64,000 nucleotides of DNA from Candidatus Multivorans sp. (GCA_965224025.1 OZ245033.1:2208001-2272000), one strand, 5' to 3'; numbered from the stretch's first letter, positions 1 through 20,228 are shown. Notes: generated by a model from the sequence alone, not told the origin. Numbers and translations: made by a program.

Positions 1-297
1 ATCATGGCCGAGCGCATCCCGAAGATGCTGCGGGCGGCCCTGGACGCGGTCGTTGGCGGCGACACGGAACTCGCCCGTTCGGTGATTGCGGAGGACGAGG
101 TCGTCGACCGCAGTCACGAGGCGATGTACGGCGTGGTCCGGAGGATGATCGACGAGGATCCCGAGCTGGCGTCGGCCAGCATCCAGTTCCTGTCGATCTC
201 GCGCTATCTCGAGCGGATGGCCGATCTGGCGACGAACGTCGCCGAGGACGTCGTCTTCCTGGTCGACGGCGAAGTCGTACGCCATCAGGCGTCGTAG
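1..297 (+). CDS. phoU: Phosphate signalling regulator PhoU (3' part, runs off window)
   Basis: Motifs DEVVD and SRYLERMADLATNVAEDVVFLVDG typical of the PhoU C-terminal repeat. Confidence 0.9.
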   Translation: MMAERIPKMLRAALDAVVGGDTELARSVIAEDEVVDRSHEAMYGVVRRMIDEDPELASASIQFLSISRYLERMADLATNVAEDVVFLVDGEVVRHQAS

Positions 298-359
298 GCC
301 CGTCCTTCTCTGTTTCGCGGAGGCCGGCGCGCCCAACCGGATGGATGTTGCAGGGGGGG

Positions 360-388
360 TTTACGGCTGCCGAAGAAGCGGCTAGACT
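360..388 (+). promoter_or_regulatory. Candidate sigma70 promoter for tRNA-Thr/tuf
   Basis: TTTACG-N17-TAGACT upstream of the tRNA. Confidence 0.5.
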
Positions 389-531
389 CCGCCCCTTCCC
401 CGCGATGCACCGCGGAGCTTGGCTCCGGGGGGCGGGTCCCATTGCGTGTCGAGGGTCGCCTTGGCGAGCGGAGAAAAGGGTGTCCCGAAACACGGTTCAG
501 AAACTTGAGGATGGGGAATCCTGAGACGGCT

Positions 532-606
532 GCCCACGTGGCTCAGGGGTAGAGCACTTCCTTGGTAAGGAAGGGGTCACCGGTTCAAATCCGGTCGTGG
601 GCTCCA
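532..606 (+). tRNA. tRNA-Thr(GGT)
   Basis: Acceptor GCCCACG/CGTGGGC, anticodon arm CTTCC-TTGGTAA-GGAAG, GGTTCAAATCC T-arm, encoded CCA. Confidence 0.95.
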
Positions 607-672
607 GACGGGCGTCAAAGCAGCAAGCACACGGATAGTTGAGCCGCTAGAGCGGGAGAGGCAACGAGCGTC

Positions 673-1866
<1,194 letters not shown>

Positions 1867-1899
1867 AGGGGTTGGATTTGTGACTGGACTTGGGGACTC

Positions 1900-1975
1900 A
1901 GGCCAGTAGCTCAATTGGTAGAGCATCGGTCTCCAAAACCGAAGGTTGGGGGTTCGAGACCCTCCTGGCCTGCCA
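1900..1975 (+). tRNA. tRNA-Trp(CCA)
   Basis: Acceptor AGGCCAG/CTGGCCT, anticodon loop CTCCAAA, GGTTCGAGACC, CCA end; usual position before secE. Confidence 0.95.
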
Positions 1976-2068
1976 GACGTTCTCCGGGCGATTCCGGGGA
2001 CGGGACCCGACGGGTTTCGCGGAGACAGGGCGAGTTTCAGAGAGACCGGAAGGGGCAGGAGGATAGAG

Positions 2069-2272
2069 ATGGCGGCAATCGGCAGGCTCGGCGTGTTCCT
2101 GGGCGAGGTGCGCACCGAGATGAAGAAGGTGACCTTTCCCTCGCGGGAGGAGGTGGTGGGCACCACCGGCGTCGTGCTGATCACGAGTGTCATCTTCGCC
2201 ATCTTCCTGTGGATCGCCGATCTCGTCATCCAGCGTCTCTACCATGGCCTCGTCGACCTGTTCCTGCAATGA
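2069..2272 (+). CDS. secE: Preprotein translocase subunit SecE
   Basis: EMKKVTFPSREE plus one TM helix; AGGAGG SD; synteny. Confidence 0.95.
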   Translation: MAAIGRLGVFLGEVRTEMKKVTFPSREEVVGTTGVVLITSVIFAIFLWIADLVIQRLYHGLVDLFLQ

Positions 2273-2307
2273 GCCCCAAGGGCGCGAGCGACGACAGGGA
2301 GTACCGG

Positions 2308-2940
2308 ATGAGCGAAGTCGAAACGGCAGCCATGGGCAGCGTCGAGGCCGCGGCGGACGGCGGCGAGGAAGCCTCCGCTCCCCAGCGGCAGTGGTACATC
2401 GTCCATACGTACTCGGGCTACGAGGAGCGCGTCCGGGAAACCCTGCGGCAGCGCTCCGAGGCGCACGACATGGGCCACGCGTTCGGCGAGGTGCGCATCC
2501 CGACCGAGACGATCGTGGAACTCAAGGGCGGCAAGAAACGGGAAACGCAGCGCAAGTTCTTCCCCGGCTACATCCTGATTGAGATCGAGTGCGAGCAGCG
2601 CGGCGACGGACGGCTGAAGATCTCGGACGAAGCGTGGCACGTGGTCAAGAACACGCCGAAGGTGACCGGCTTCGTCGGTACCGGCAAGGAGCCGACGCCC
2701 CTCGACCAGGCCGAGGTCGACGCGATCATCGAGAAGGTGGTCACGGCGAAGGAGAAGCCGAAGCCGAAGTACCTGTTCGAGAAGGGCGAGCTGGTCAAGA
2801 TCGTGGATGGGCCCTTCAACAACTTCACCGGCACCGTGGAAGAGATCAACCTGGACCGGAGCACGTTGAAGGTGATGGTCACGATCTTCGGCCGCCAGAC
2901 GCCGGTCGAACTCGAGTTCCTCCAGGTCCAGAAGACCTGA
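2308..2940 (+). CDS. nusG: Transcription termination/antitermination factor NusG (alternative start 2269)
   Basis: WYIVHTYSGYE, FFPGYILIE, KOW motif GPFNNFTG, IFGRQTPVEL. Confidence 0.97.
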   Translation: MSEVETAAMGSVEAAADGGEEASAPQRQWYIVHTYSGYEERVRETLRQRSEAHDMGHAFGEVRIPTETIVELKGGKKRETQRKFFPGYILIEIECEQRGDGRLKISDEAWHVVKNTPKVTGFVGTGKEPTPLDQAEVDAIIEKVVTAKEKPKPKYLFEKGELVKIVDGPFNNFTGTVEEINLDRSTLKVMVTIFGRQTPVELEFLQVQKT

Positions 2941-3001
2941 GGGCGTGCGAACTGAGCGGATGAAGGTCGAGTTCGATTTGGTTGCAACCAGGTAGGGAAC
3001 T

Positions 3002-3442
3002 ATGGCGAAGAGAACGACGGGCAAGAGAGTAACCGGGCAGATCAAGCTCCAGATCCCCGCCGGCGCGGCGACGCCGGCGCCTCCGGTCGGTCCCGCACTC
3101 GGTCAGGCCGGCCTGAACATCATGGACTTCTGCAAGGCATTCAACGCCAGGACGCAGAACGATGGGGGGTTGATCATTCCCGTGGTCATCACGGTCTACG
3201 CGGACCGCACGTACTCGTTCATCACCAAGACGCCGCCCGCCGCGGTGCTGCTGCTCAAGGCGGCTTCCCTGGACAAGGGATCGTCTGAGCCCAACCGGGA
3301 CAAGGTCGGCAGCGTGACCCGCGCCCAACTCGAGGAGATCGCGCGCACGAAGATGGTCGACCTGAACGCGGTCGACCTCGACGGCGCGTGCAGGATCATC
3401 GCCGGCACCGCCCGATCGATGGGGCTGGAGATCGACGCCTGA
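3002..3442 (+). CDS. rplK: 50S ribosomal protein L11
   Basis: [20 protein letters not shown]. Confidence 0.98.
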   Translation: MAKRTTGKRVTGQIKLQIPAGAATPAPPVGPALGQAGLNIMDFCKAFNARTQNDGGLIIPVVITVYADRTYSFITKTPPAAVLLLKAASLDKGSSEPNRDKVGSVTRAQLEEIARTKMVDLNAVDLDGACRIIAGTARSMGLEIDA

Positions 3443-3502
3443 TCGGCGTCGAAGCTTCACGGAACACAGGCTTCAGGGAAACAGGGCTAAGGAGAAACGC
3501 AC

Positions 3503-4207
3503 GTGGCCAAGGCAGGCAGGAAGTACAGGGAGGCGAGAGCCGCCGTTGAAGACCGTCCGCACGGGCTCGACGAGGCCCTGGAGCGGGTCAGGAACGGCAG
3601 TTTCGCCAAGTTCGACGAGACGGTGGAGATCGCGATTCGCCTTGGTGTGAACCCCAGGCACGCGGATCAGATGGTGCGCGGCACCGTCGTGCTTCCGCAC
3701 GGTACCGGGCGAACCGTTCGGGTGCTGGTGTTCGCCTCCGGCGAGAAGCTCCAGGAGGCCGAGGCCGCCGGCGCCGACGAGGTCGGCGGCGAGGAACTGG
3801 CGGCGCGGATTCAGAGCGGTTGGCTGGACTTCGACGCCGTGGTCGCGACGCCGGACATGATGCGGGTCGTGGGCCGGCTGGGTCGCGTCCTGGGCCCCCG
3901 CGGCCTGATGCCCAACCCGAAGACCGGGACAGTCACCTTGGGCGTGGCAAAGGCGATCGAGGACATCAAGGCGGGCAAGGTCAACTTCCGGGTCGACAAG
4001 GCCGGAGTCGTCCATGCGCCCCTGGGGAAGGTCTCGTTCGACAAGGAACGACTGAAGGAGAACGCCGCGGTCCTGCTGGCCGAGGTGATCCGGGCGCGGC
4101 CCAGCGCGGCCAAGGGCACGTACGTCCGCTCGCTCAACCTGAGTTCAACGATGGGCCCGGGCGTTCGGGTCGACCCGGCCGAAGCCGCCGCGGCGGAAGC
4201 GTCGTGA
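3503..4207 (+). CDS. rplA: 50S ribosomal protein L1
   Basis: [30 protein letters not shown]. Confidence 0.98.
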   Translation: MAKAGRKYREARAAVEDRPHGLDEALERVRNGSFAKFDETVEIAIRLGVNPRHADQMVRGTVVLPHGTGRTVRVLVFASGEKLQEAEAAGADEVGGEELAARIQSGWLDFDAVVATPDMMRVVGRLGRVLGPRGLMPNPKTGTVTLGVAKAIEDIKAGKVNFRVDKAGVVHAPLGKVSFDKERLKENAAVLLAEVIRARPSAAKGTYVRSLNLSSTMGPGVRVDPAEAAAAEAS

Positions 4208-4235
4208 GCGACCGCGACGGCCTGGAGGAGTCGAA

Positions 4236-4763
4236 ATGGCGCTGACGCGGGAGACGAAGGCCGAATTGCTGGCCAGCTACCAGAGCGACATGGCCGCGGT
4301 GCCGCATGCGTTCCTGGTTGGCTTCTCCGGCATTACGGTGGGGCAGGTCGACGACCTGCGGCGCCGGGTGCGGACAGCCGGCGGCAGCTACTCGGTGGTC
4401 AAGAACCGGATCGCCAAGCTCGCTTTCGAAGACAGCAGCCTTGGCGCGCTCACGGAGCACCTGGCCGGTCCGACGGCGATCGCGTACAGCGAGGACGATC
4501 CGGTCGGGTTGGCCAAGACGCTGACCGAGTTTGCGAAGGACGTACCGGTACTCGAGTTCAAGGCCGGCCTGGTGGACGGCCAGACGATCTCGGCCGATGC
4601 GATTCAGGAGATCGCCAATCTGCCGAGCCGGGAGGCTCTGGTGGCGAAGCTCCTGTTCCTGCTCCAGTCGCCGATTGCGCGGTTTGTGCGGGGCCTGGGC
4701 GACGTGACGCCGCGGTTCCTCCGCACCCTGAACGAGATTGCAAGTCGGAAGGAAGAGGGCTGA
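4236..4763 (+). CDS. rplJ: 50S ribosomal protein L10
   Basis: [23 protein letters not shown]; synteny. Confidence 0.97.
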   Translation: MALTRETKAELLASYQSDMAAVPHAFLVGFSGITVGQVDDLRRRVRTAGGSYSVVKNRIAKLAFEDSSLGALTEHLAGPTAIAYSEDDPVGLAKTLTEFAKDVPVLEFKAGLVDGQTISADAIQEIANLPSREALVAKLLFLLQSPIARFVRGLGDVTPRFLRTLNEIASRKEEG

Positions 4764-4838
4764 CGGCGGCCTTCGCTATCGATGTTTGGAACCGCGGCGC
4801 CCGACCGGCGCCGCTGAATAGGAAGGGGATCCCAGGAA

Positions 4839-5219
4839 ATGGCAGTAGCAGCAACGGATCTGATCAAGCAGATCGACGAGATGACCGTCCTCGAGCTGAA
4901 CACGCTGGTCAACGAGCTCGAAGAGCACTACGGTGTGTCGGCGGCGGCGGCGGCGGTTCCCATGGCCGCGGCCGCGGGCGGCGGCGAGGCCGAAGAGGCC
5001 GAAGAACAGACCGAGTTCGATGTGCGGTTGACCTCGTTCGGCGACAAGAAGATCGCCGTCATCAAGGTCGTGCGCGAAGTGACCAGCCTCGGATTGAAGG
5101 AGGCCAAGGACCTGGTCGAATCGGCGCCGGTCGCCGTCAAGGAGGGTGTGTCGAAGGACGAGGCCGACGAGGTCAAGTCGAAAATCGAGGAGGCCGGTGG
5201 CCAGGCCGAGGTCAAATAG
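4839..5219 (+). CDS. rplL: 50S ribosomal protein L7/L12
   Basis: Ala-rich hinge, [21 protein letters not shown]. Confidence 0.98.
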   Translation: MAVAATDLIKQIDEMTVLELNTLVNELEEHYGVSAAAAAVPMAAAAGGGEAEEAEEQTEFDVRLTSFGDKKIAVIKVVREVTSLGLKEAKDLVESAPVAVKEGVSKDEADEVKSKIEEAGGQAEVK

Positions 5220-5464
5220 CCATTCCGGTTGGCGATCTTCTCCCGGGGCCGCGTAGAATCACGTCGGCCAACCTCGACCCGGCAGTCGGCGCCGGGGTGG
5301 CATTCGTGTGGTTGCCCGTCGCTCCGGCGCTCTTTCCGTTCCCTGTCCGCCCGCCGCAACGCGGCGGACCAATTCCGGGCGAACAACTGTGCTCATCGCC
5401 CCGGCTACGGCATCTGCCTTGCTCCCGCCTCGCGCAGAGGACCTGAAGTAGGAGACATCGAAGC

Positions 5465-9730
<4,266 letters not shown>

Positions 9731-9743
9731 GGGAGGTCGCCTG

Positions 9744-13930
<4,187 letters not shown>

Positions 13931-13934
<4 letters not shown>

Positions 13935-13985
13935 CGGCTTGGCCGCTAGACGCCGTCCGGCCACTAGCGGACCTGGTCCGCTAGT
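13931..13985. repeat. Two adjacent inverted repeats sharing CTAGCGG/CCGCTAG arms at the rpoC stop
   Basis: CTAGCGGC-TTG-GCCGCTAG (13931-13949) and ACTAGCGGACC-T-GGTCCGCTAGT (13963-13985). Confidence 0.7.
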
Positions 13986-14227
13986 CGCGGTCCCGCCACT
14001 GAGGGTCCGGCTCCGAGAGTTTCGACAGCTCCGGAACTCGGCCACCCGCTCTCCCGCCGGTAGGCGTCGGCGCCGAGTTCCTGCGTTTCACACTCGGCCC
14101 ACGATACGCTGCCTGATCAAGACGCCGATCTACAACTTTCGGCAACATCTCTCCGGTTCTTCTTCTCGGCTCTGCTGTCGGGGCAGAGGCGAAGTCAACC
14201 GCCGTACACCAACCTCTGGAGTTCTGC

Positions 14228-15145
14228 ATGAAGCATCTCATCGCCCTGCTGGCACTGGCGCTTGCGGTCTCGCCCGCCACATCCCAAGACGCGGCTGTAG
14301 CTGTTCCCGACATCGTGAGCATGGACGATCGTCCGGTGTGGTTCTCTGCCGCCAGTCTGTTCGATCAGAACGGGAACGTAGCGCCGGAGCTTGGGAACCG
14401 GCTGCGGCTCGAACTCGTGCACCAGTCGGCTGACTTTCGTCGGAAGTTCGGCTCTGCGAGCACCTATGGCCTAGTCGATGGCGATGTGCCTGCGGTCTCA
14501 TACTGCCCCGAGAGTTGGGCAGTCGACTTCGTCCACTTCGCTTCACCGGAGTACAAGGCGTTCGATCTACACCTCCTTCTCTCGGAAGTAGCGGTATTGG
14601 CCGAAATCGTCGAGGTTGTGCCGGGACTCTTGTCAGACGGACAACCCACGGCGTTGGTCGTCCTCGACCGCGTGGAGCCTCTCCGCGGCAATGTGCAGGT
14701 GCCCGAGTTCGCGTTGCTGCCTCTCGGCCAGCTCGTCGTCCGCGACCATGTGATTTGCAGTCCGATTGAGAGCGAAGTAGTTCCGAGTCTCGTTCCCGAG
14801 AGGGGACAGAAGGTCGTGATTGTCTCGGACTGGCGAGATCAGCCTGTGGTTGGAGGGGCGCAAGGGCTGGCGGTGGTGGATGAGGGCGCACACCTGAAGT
14901 GGTCTTACGGCCCCGCTGGCCCACCGACCTTGCGGGGACTCCGAAGCCGCGTAGATGATCTCGAGGTACAAGGAGCTTTCGGGATTGCGGCCGACCTTGC
15001 GAAGCAAAGTTCGTACTCGAAGGAGCGGCGGCAGTTTATCTCCGAGTGGAACCGCCTCAGCGACTCCGGGTGTTTCGGCGATGGGCCAATTGAGCGACTC
15101 TCAACCGGCGAACTCGCGACTGCGGCGTGCCCGGTGGAACGATGA
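14228..15145 (+). CDS. Hypothetical secreted protein
   Basis: 305 aa; signal peptide MKHLIALLALALAVSPA; GGAG SD; ATGA overlap with next gene. Confidence 0.7.
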   Translation: MKHLIALLALALAVSPATSQDAAVAVPDIVSMDDRPVWFSAASLFDQNGNVAPELGNRLRLELVHQSADFRRKFGSASTYGLVDGDVPAVSYCPESWAVDFVHFASPEYKAFDLHLLLSEVAVLAEIVEVVPGLLSDGQPTALVVLDRVEPLRGNVQVPEFALLPLGQLVVRDHVICSPIESEVVPSLVPERGQKVVIVSDWRDQPVVGGAQGLAVVDEGAHLKWSYGPAGPPTLRGLRSRVDDLEVQGAFGIAADLAKQSSYSKERRQFISEWNRLSDSGCFGDGPIERLSTGELATAACPVER

Positions 15146-15884
15146 AGCGGCTGCTTGTAGCCGCTGTTTCGCTTCTTGGCTTCACGGCGGTGTCGGAAGC
15201 ACAGACCGGATGCGTTGTCCCGACAACCGCACATCTTCGAGCGGTTGACATCCTCCCCAACACGATCTTCGTTGACTCCGAGACCAGCACGGTAGATTCA
15301 GAGGACATCGACGAGGGCTTGGCACTGTGGACCGCCGAATGTACGGATCCCGGTCAACTGCCGGCCATTGAGAGGACATCGGCATCGGCCGATAGCGAGA
15401 CTTGGTCTGTAGTCACGGACACCTACGAAGAGCTTGGTGTAGCCCCGATTGATCCGTTGACGGGTCGGAAGAGGTGTGGTCTTACGCGCTAATCCTCTAC
15501 GGGCCTGAACAAGGTCATGATTTTCTCCGACCGACCGGACACATGTCCCCCGATCGAGAGCACGCTCGCGCACGAGTTCGGTCATGTGTTCCGCTTGGGT
15601 CACCCGACAAGCCAGGAATGTACGTCGCCGACCGATCCGAACGACAAACCGTCGATCATGTCGTATAGCTCTGGCAGAACAGTAAGCGATCAGACTTGCG
15701 ACGACACGAAGCGAGCGTTGGATCGCACAGTCAAGCCACTGCCGTCGGGCGGCGGCGGTGGCGGCGGTGGTGGCGGCGGTGGTGGTGGCGGCGGCGGCGG
15801 CGGCGACCTGGAGCGGGACCGCTGCACGGACTTCCCCAACACTCCGGGGTGCCCTGGTTACCCCAACTGCGAGCTGAATCCGAA
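15142..15884 (+). pseudogene. N-terminal part of a secreted metzincin-like zinc protease (in-frame TAA at 15490-15492; split by IS)
   Basis: Signal peptide MKRLLVAAVSLLGF; ORFs 15127 and 15517 share one frame across a single TAA; HEFGHVFRLGH, Met-turn SIMSY, poly-Gly linker. Confidence 0.8.
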
Positions 15885-15902
15885 GGGGATTATATATTAG
15901 GC

Positions 15903-15931
15903 TTGACACGGGCGCTGATTTCCCGTAGTGT
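15903..15931 (+). promoter_or_regulatory. Candidate transposase promoter overlapping IRL
   Basis: TTGACA-N17-TAGTGT, 28 nt before the transposase ATG. Confidence 0.65.
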
Positions 15932-15959
15932 CTAGGGACACTGGACGGGAGATGAAACG

Positions 15960-16946
15960 ATGAAGCACAAGGCACCCGGCAAGGCTTACCGCAAGGGACT
16001 GACGTTCGTGCAACTGGCGCGGATGTTCCCCGATGAAGCAGCCGCGCGAGACTGGTTCGAGACGTACCTTTGGCCCGATGGAGTGAAGTGGTGCCCGAAC
16101 TGCGGCGGCGACAACACGCACGCATGCAAGCACAAGCAGATGCCGTACCGCTGCCGCGACTGCAAGCGGTACTTCAGCGTCAAGACCGGCACGCTCATGG
16201 CTGGTTCGCCGTTGCCTCTGTTGACGTGGCTCTACGCGATCTACCTCGAACTCACATCGCTCAAGGGCGTATCGAGCATGAAACTGCACCGTGACCTAGG
16301 CGTCACTCAGAAGACCGCTTGGCACATGCTCCAGCGCATCCGCGAAGCGTTCGCCGCCGAAGGGCCGGAAGTCCGGTTCGACGGTCCCGCCGAAGTGGAC
16401 GAGACGTACTTCGGCGGTCTGCGGAAGAACATGCCGAAGTGGAAGCGTGCGGAGCTTGAAGGTCGCGGCACGGTCGGCAAGACCGCCGTGGTGGGCATCA
16501 AGGACCGCGAGACCAAGAAGGTCGCGGCGAAGGTGGTCCGCTCCACCGACGGCGAGACCCTACAGGCGTTCGTGCGCGAGCACGTCGAACCCGGCGCGAT
16601 GGTGTACAGCGACGATACCGGGGCGTACAGCGGTCTGACCGAGTACGAGCGTGGCACGGTGAAGCACTCGGTCGGCGAGTACGTGGACGGCAAGGTCCAC
16701 ACGAACTCGATCGAGAGCTTCTGGTCGATGCTCAAGCGGGCGCACAAGGGTGTGTTCCACAAGATCAGTCCGAAGCACCTGCAACGCTACGTCGATGAGT
16801 TCGCGGGTCGGCAGAACATCCGCGAGTACGACACGCTGGCGCAGATGGTCGCCGTCACGGAGGGACTCGCGGGCAAGCGGCTCCGCTATCGTGACCTGAT
16901 CGCCGACAACGGCCTGCCGTCGGGCGCGCGCGAGGCCGCCGCATGA
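15960..16946 (+). CDS. IS1595-family (ISXO2-like) DDE transposase
   Basis: Zn ribbon CPNC...CRDC, EVDETYFGG, YSDD, HTNSIESFWSMLKR, HLQRYVDEF. Confidence 0.95.
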   Translation: MKHKAPGKAYRKGLTFVQLARMFPDEAAARDWFETYLWPDGVKWCPNCGGDNTHACKHKQMPYRCRDCKRYFSVKTGTLMAGSPLPLLTWLYAIYLELTSLKGVSSMKLHRDLGVTQKTAWHMLQRIREAFAAEGPEVRFDGPAEVDETYFGGLRKNMPKWKRAELEGRGTVGKTAVVGIKDRETKKVAAKVVRSTDGETLQAFVREHVEPGAMVYSDDTGAYSGLTEYERGTVKHSVGEYVDGKVHTNSIESFWSMLKRAHKGVFHKISPKHLQRYVDEFAGRQNIREYDTLAQMVAVTEGLAGKRLRYRDLIADNGLPSGAREAAA

Positions 16947-18389
16947 CCATCCTCGGTTCGTTCAGTCTGGTTCCAAACAGCCTCTACTACGGCGACTGCC
17001 TCGAAGTCATGGGCGGTTGGCCAGCCGAGTCGGTGGATCTGATCTACCTCGATCCGCCGTTCAACTCGAAGGCGGACTACAACCAGTTGTTCGGCACCGA
17101 GAACGGCGTGCCGGCCCAAGTTCGGGCGTTCACCGACACATGGACATGGAACGACTCGGCGGCCGAGCGGTACGACCGTTTCAGCCGTGCAGTCGCGCAT
17201 CCCGCGCACAAGGCGGTAGTCGGCCTGCACATGGCGCTAGGTCCATCGGGGATGCTCGCGTACCTCACCTACATGGCCGAGCGGCTCGCGGAGTGCAAGC
17301 GCCTGCTCAAGCCGACCGGCTCCATCTACCTGCACTGTGACCACACGGCGGGCGCGTACCTGAAGATGCTCATGGACGCGATCTTCGGAGCGAACAATCG
17401 CCGAAGCGAACTCCACTGGTACTACTACAACAAGATGCACGACAGCCGGAAGAAGCTGTTTGCTGCCGCCACGGACACAATCTTCTTCTATGTCAAGGAT
17501 GTGGACTCCGGTTTTTCGTTTGAACAACTTCAAGAACGCCGCGAAAAGCCCGTCAAGCAGCTTGTACGAGCCAAAGTCAACGGCCGCATGGTCAACAAGC
17601 GAGACGAAGACGGTCGGCTGATGTACCAGACCAAGACACATAGAACCATTGACAATGTGTGGCGGATACCCTGTTTGCAACCAGCATCGAGGGAGAGATT
17701 AGGCTGTCCAACACAGAAGCCCCGTGCGCTGTTGGATCGCATCATCAAGGCGTCTTCTAGGGAAGGTGACTTGGTGCTTGACCCGTTCTGCGGTTGTGGC
17801 ACGACGATAGACGCGGCGAATCGACTGCAACGGCAGTGGGTCGGCATCGACCTTTCACCGTTCGCCACTCGCCTTGTGCGTGACCGCAGGCTCAAGGATG
17901 CGAGTATCCAGATCTTCGGTATCCCGACAGATGTTGAAGGCGCACGGCTCCTGCTACGCAACAACCCGTTCGACTTCGAGGCGTGGATCGTTACGTCGGT
18001 GGACGGGCTGGCGGCGAACGAGGTCCAGGTAGGCGACGGCGGCATCGACGGGCGCGGCAGGATGTTCACCGTGCCGGACGATGAAACAGGCTTGGTGCTC
18101 GCTCAGGTGAAGGGGGGGGTACACCGCATCGGCGCTGCGGGACTTCGAGGGCACGATGGGCCGCGAGAACGCCACGGCGGGCATCTTCGTCACCTTGAAG
18201 CGCGTCACAACGTCCAGTGCCCGCGCGGCTGCCAAGGCGATGGGCGAGTACCGCGTAGGCGCGACGCGCTACCCTCGGCTCCAGTTCTGGTCCGCAGAGG
18301 AGTATCTGAGGGGCGTCCGTCCTCACCTACCCGCGATGGCCGACCCGTACACCGGCAAAGCAGTTCAGACCGACATGTTCACCGGATAG
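16943..18389 (+). CDS. Beta-class N6/N4 DNA methyltransferase fused to a C-terminal Mrr-like endonuclease domain; frameshift in G8 run 18112-18119
   Basis: DLIYLDPPF, PTQKP, VLDPFCGCGTT, DGGIDG...QVKGG; deleting one G joins ...KGG to YTASALRDFEGTMGRE (ORF 18156-18389). Confidence 0.85.
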
Positions 18390-18402
18390 CAGGGAGGAAG
18401 CG

Positions 18403-18585
18403 TTGCCCAAGAAGCCGAAGCGCCACACGGAACACAAGAAGGTGTACAAAGCCGAGTACGGCGGCGCTACGCCCGCGCAGGTCACGCTTGCGCTTCTACG
18501 CTACCGTCCAAACGCACCCGAAGCCGTCACGAAGCGTTTGCCACCGCAGGTTCAAGCCGACCCCGCTATCAAGTCTAGTGTATAA
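18403..18585 (+). CDS. Small basic hypothetical protein ending inside IRR
   Basis: GGAGG SD before TTG; 60 aa. Confidence 0.4.
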   Translation: MPKKPKRHTEHKKVYKAEYGGATPAQVTLALLRYRPNAPEAVTKRLPPQVQADPAIKSSV

Positions 18586-18590
18586 TCCCC

Positions 18591-20228
18591 AATCCGAAGC
18601 TGCCCGGGTGCCCGGACGTGACGTACGGGCCCGAGTGCTTCGGGAAGTGGGAAGACAAGAACGGCAACGGAGAGATCGACCAGGGAGAGTGCAACCTCTT
18701 CGCGTTCTCGGGCACTCCGGGATCGGGGAGCGTGACGACGACCCGAACGGGGGTGTCACAGAGCCAGAGCTACGTAGTCGGGCTCCGCGCCCGGTCCACG
18801 GTCACCGTCTCGCTGACCGGGATGAGCCGGGACTTCGATTGTCGCGGCAGAGCGGGCAGCAGCCTCGACGGCAGTGGAGGCACGCCTGCGCCGACTCGAA
18901 GCGTCTCGGGCTCCTGGCGGTGCTCAGACCGTCGGGGCGCCGCTGACGATTCATGGAGCGGCTCGCTCGACGCCGGAACCCACACCCTCACGGTCTCGCC
19001 ATACGGCGGCCGCACGGCAGGCGGCTACACGCTGTCGGTGGCGATCGTGGAGAGCCTGATACCGGAGCCTCCGCCGCTTTCGCTGCCGGCTGTCTCCAAC
19101 CTCCAGTCGTCGTCGGGCGGCTCCTTGGACACGGTGCTCCCCGCTGCGACGGGAGGGACGACACCGTACGTCTACAGCGTCTCGGGGCTGCCGTCGGGGA
19201 TCACGTTCGCCGCGTCGACCCGGCGGGCGAGCGGGACGCTTCCGGCCGTCACGACGGATACGGACTACACGATCACCTATACGGTCACGGACAGCACGGG
19301 CGGAGCCAGCGTGACGTTCGTTGTTGCCGTCGCTGCGCCGACGGCGCCGTCGGCGCCGGTGTTGAGCGGTTCGGTTTCGGGGCGGACGCAGACCCTGACC
19401 TGGATCGCACCTGGCGGCGGCGGGATCACGCGCTATCAGTTGCAGACCAGGGCATCGGCGGCCCACGCATGGCGCTTCTCGGGGACTGGCGCTCCTTCGC
19501 CGTCGTCGAACATCGGTGCGAGCGTGAGGTCGTGGAGCCTGCTGACGCCCTGGACGCTGGTTCGTCAGTATCAGGTGCGGGCGACGAACGGAGTTGGAGA
19601 CGGCGCGTGGTCCAACGTCGTCGAACTGACGACGCCGCCGGCTCCGCCGCCACCGCTTTCCGTGCCGGCGATCCCGAACTTCCGGCTACCGTCAGGCGGC
19701 TCGGTGAACACGGTGTTCCCGGCCGCTACGGGAGGTACGGCGCCCTACTCGTACAGCGTCTCGGGGCTGCCGCCGGGGATCACGTTCGCGGCCTCGACGC
19801 GGCGAGCGAGCGGGACGCTTCCGACCGTGACGACCGACACGGACTACGCGATCACCTACACGGCCATGGACAGCGCAAGCGGGTCGTCCTCCGTGACCTT
19901 CACCGCTACCGTCACGGCGCCGGCGAAGCCGGCCGCGATGTCGTTGACCGGGAGCGTTGTTCGACAGACGCAGAGCCTTAGCTGGAGCCCGCCCACATCG
20001 TCGATCCCGATCACGAAGTACGAGCTACAGCTCCGGAACTCGGCGAACCATGGGTGGAGGCATACGACCGCGGGTTCGCCGTCGCCGTCGTCCGCGATTG
20101 CCGCCACGGCGACCGGATGGAGCGTGACCGGTCCGGCCGGCCTTGTCCGGCACTACCGGATCAGGGCATGGAACGCCAGCGGCGCGGGAGGATGGTCGAG
20201 CATCGTCATCCTGGAGTCGGATTCCTGA
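18591..20228 (+). pseudogene. C-terminal part of the IS-split secreted protein: Cys-rich linker, PPC-like domain, two Ig-like/FN3 pairs
   Basis: Removing the IS gives in-frame ...CELNPKLPGCPDVTYGPEC...; two GLPxGITFAASTRRASGTLP Ig-like units and two FN3-like W...Y...RAxN..G.G.WS units. Confidence 0.8.
19069..20220 (+). repeat. Intragenic tandem duplication of an Ig-like + FN3 module (about 580 bp unit; ends approximate)
   Basis: Near-identical DNA, e.g. TACAGCGTCTCGGGGCTGCCG...GGGATCACGTTCGC near 19172 and 19752. Confidence 0.8.

Larger units (their letters stand above)
15885..18590 (+). mobile_element. IS1595-family element with passenger genes (2706 bp)
   Basis: IRL GGGGATTATATATTAGGCTTGA (15885-15906) and IRR (18569-18590) match 19/22; 8-bp TSD AATCCGAA at 15877-15884 and 18591-18598. 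Confidence 0.93.

Noticed and set aside
390-531. Possible additional tRNAs (Tyr/Gly) upstream of tRNA-Thr
   Set aside because: No convincing cloverleaf with T-loop and acceptor stem
15490-15492. Stop-codon recoding at the in-frame TAA
   Set aside because: TAA ends tuf and rpsG normally; the gene is already IS-disrupted, so a nonsense mutation is simpler
15748-15804. GGC/GGT microsatellite
   Set aside because: In-frame poly-Gly linker of the protease gene; triplet changes would not shift the frame
16943-18946. 667-aa MTase ORF as listed in the track
   Set aside because: After 18119 it is off-frame sequence running through the IS end; the plausible C-terminus ends at 18389
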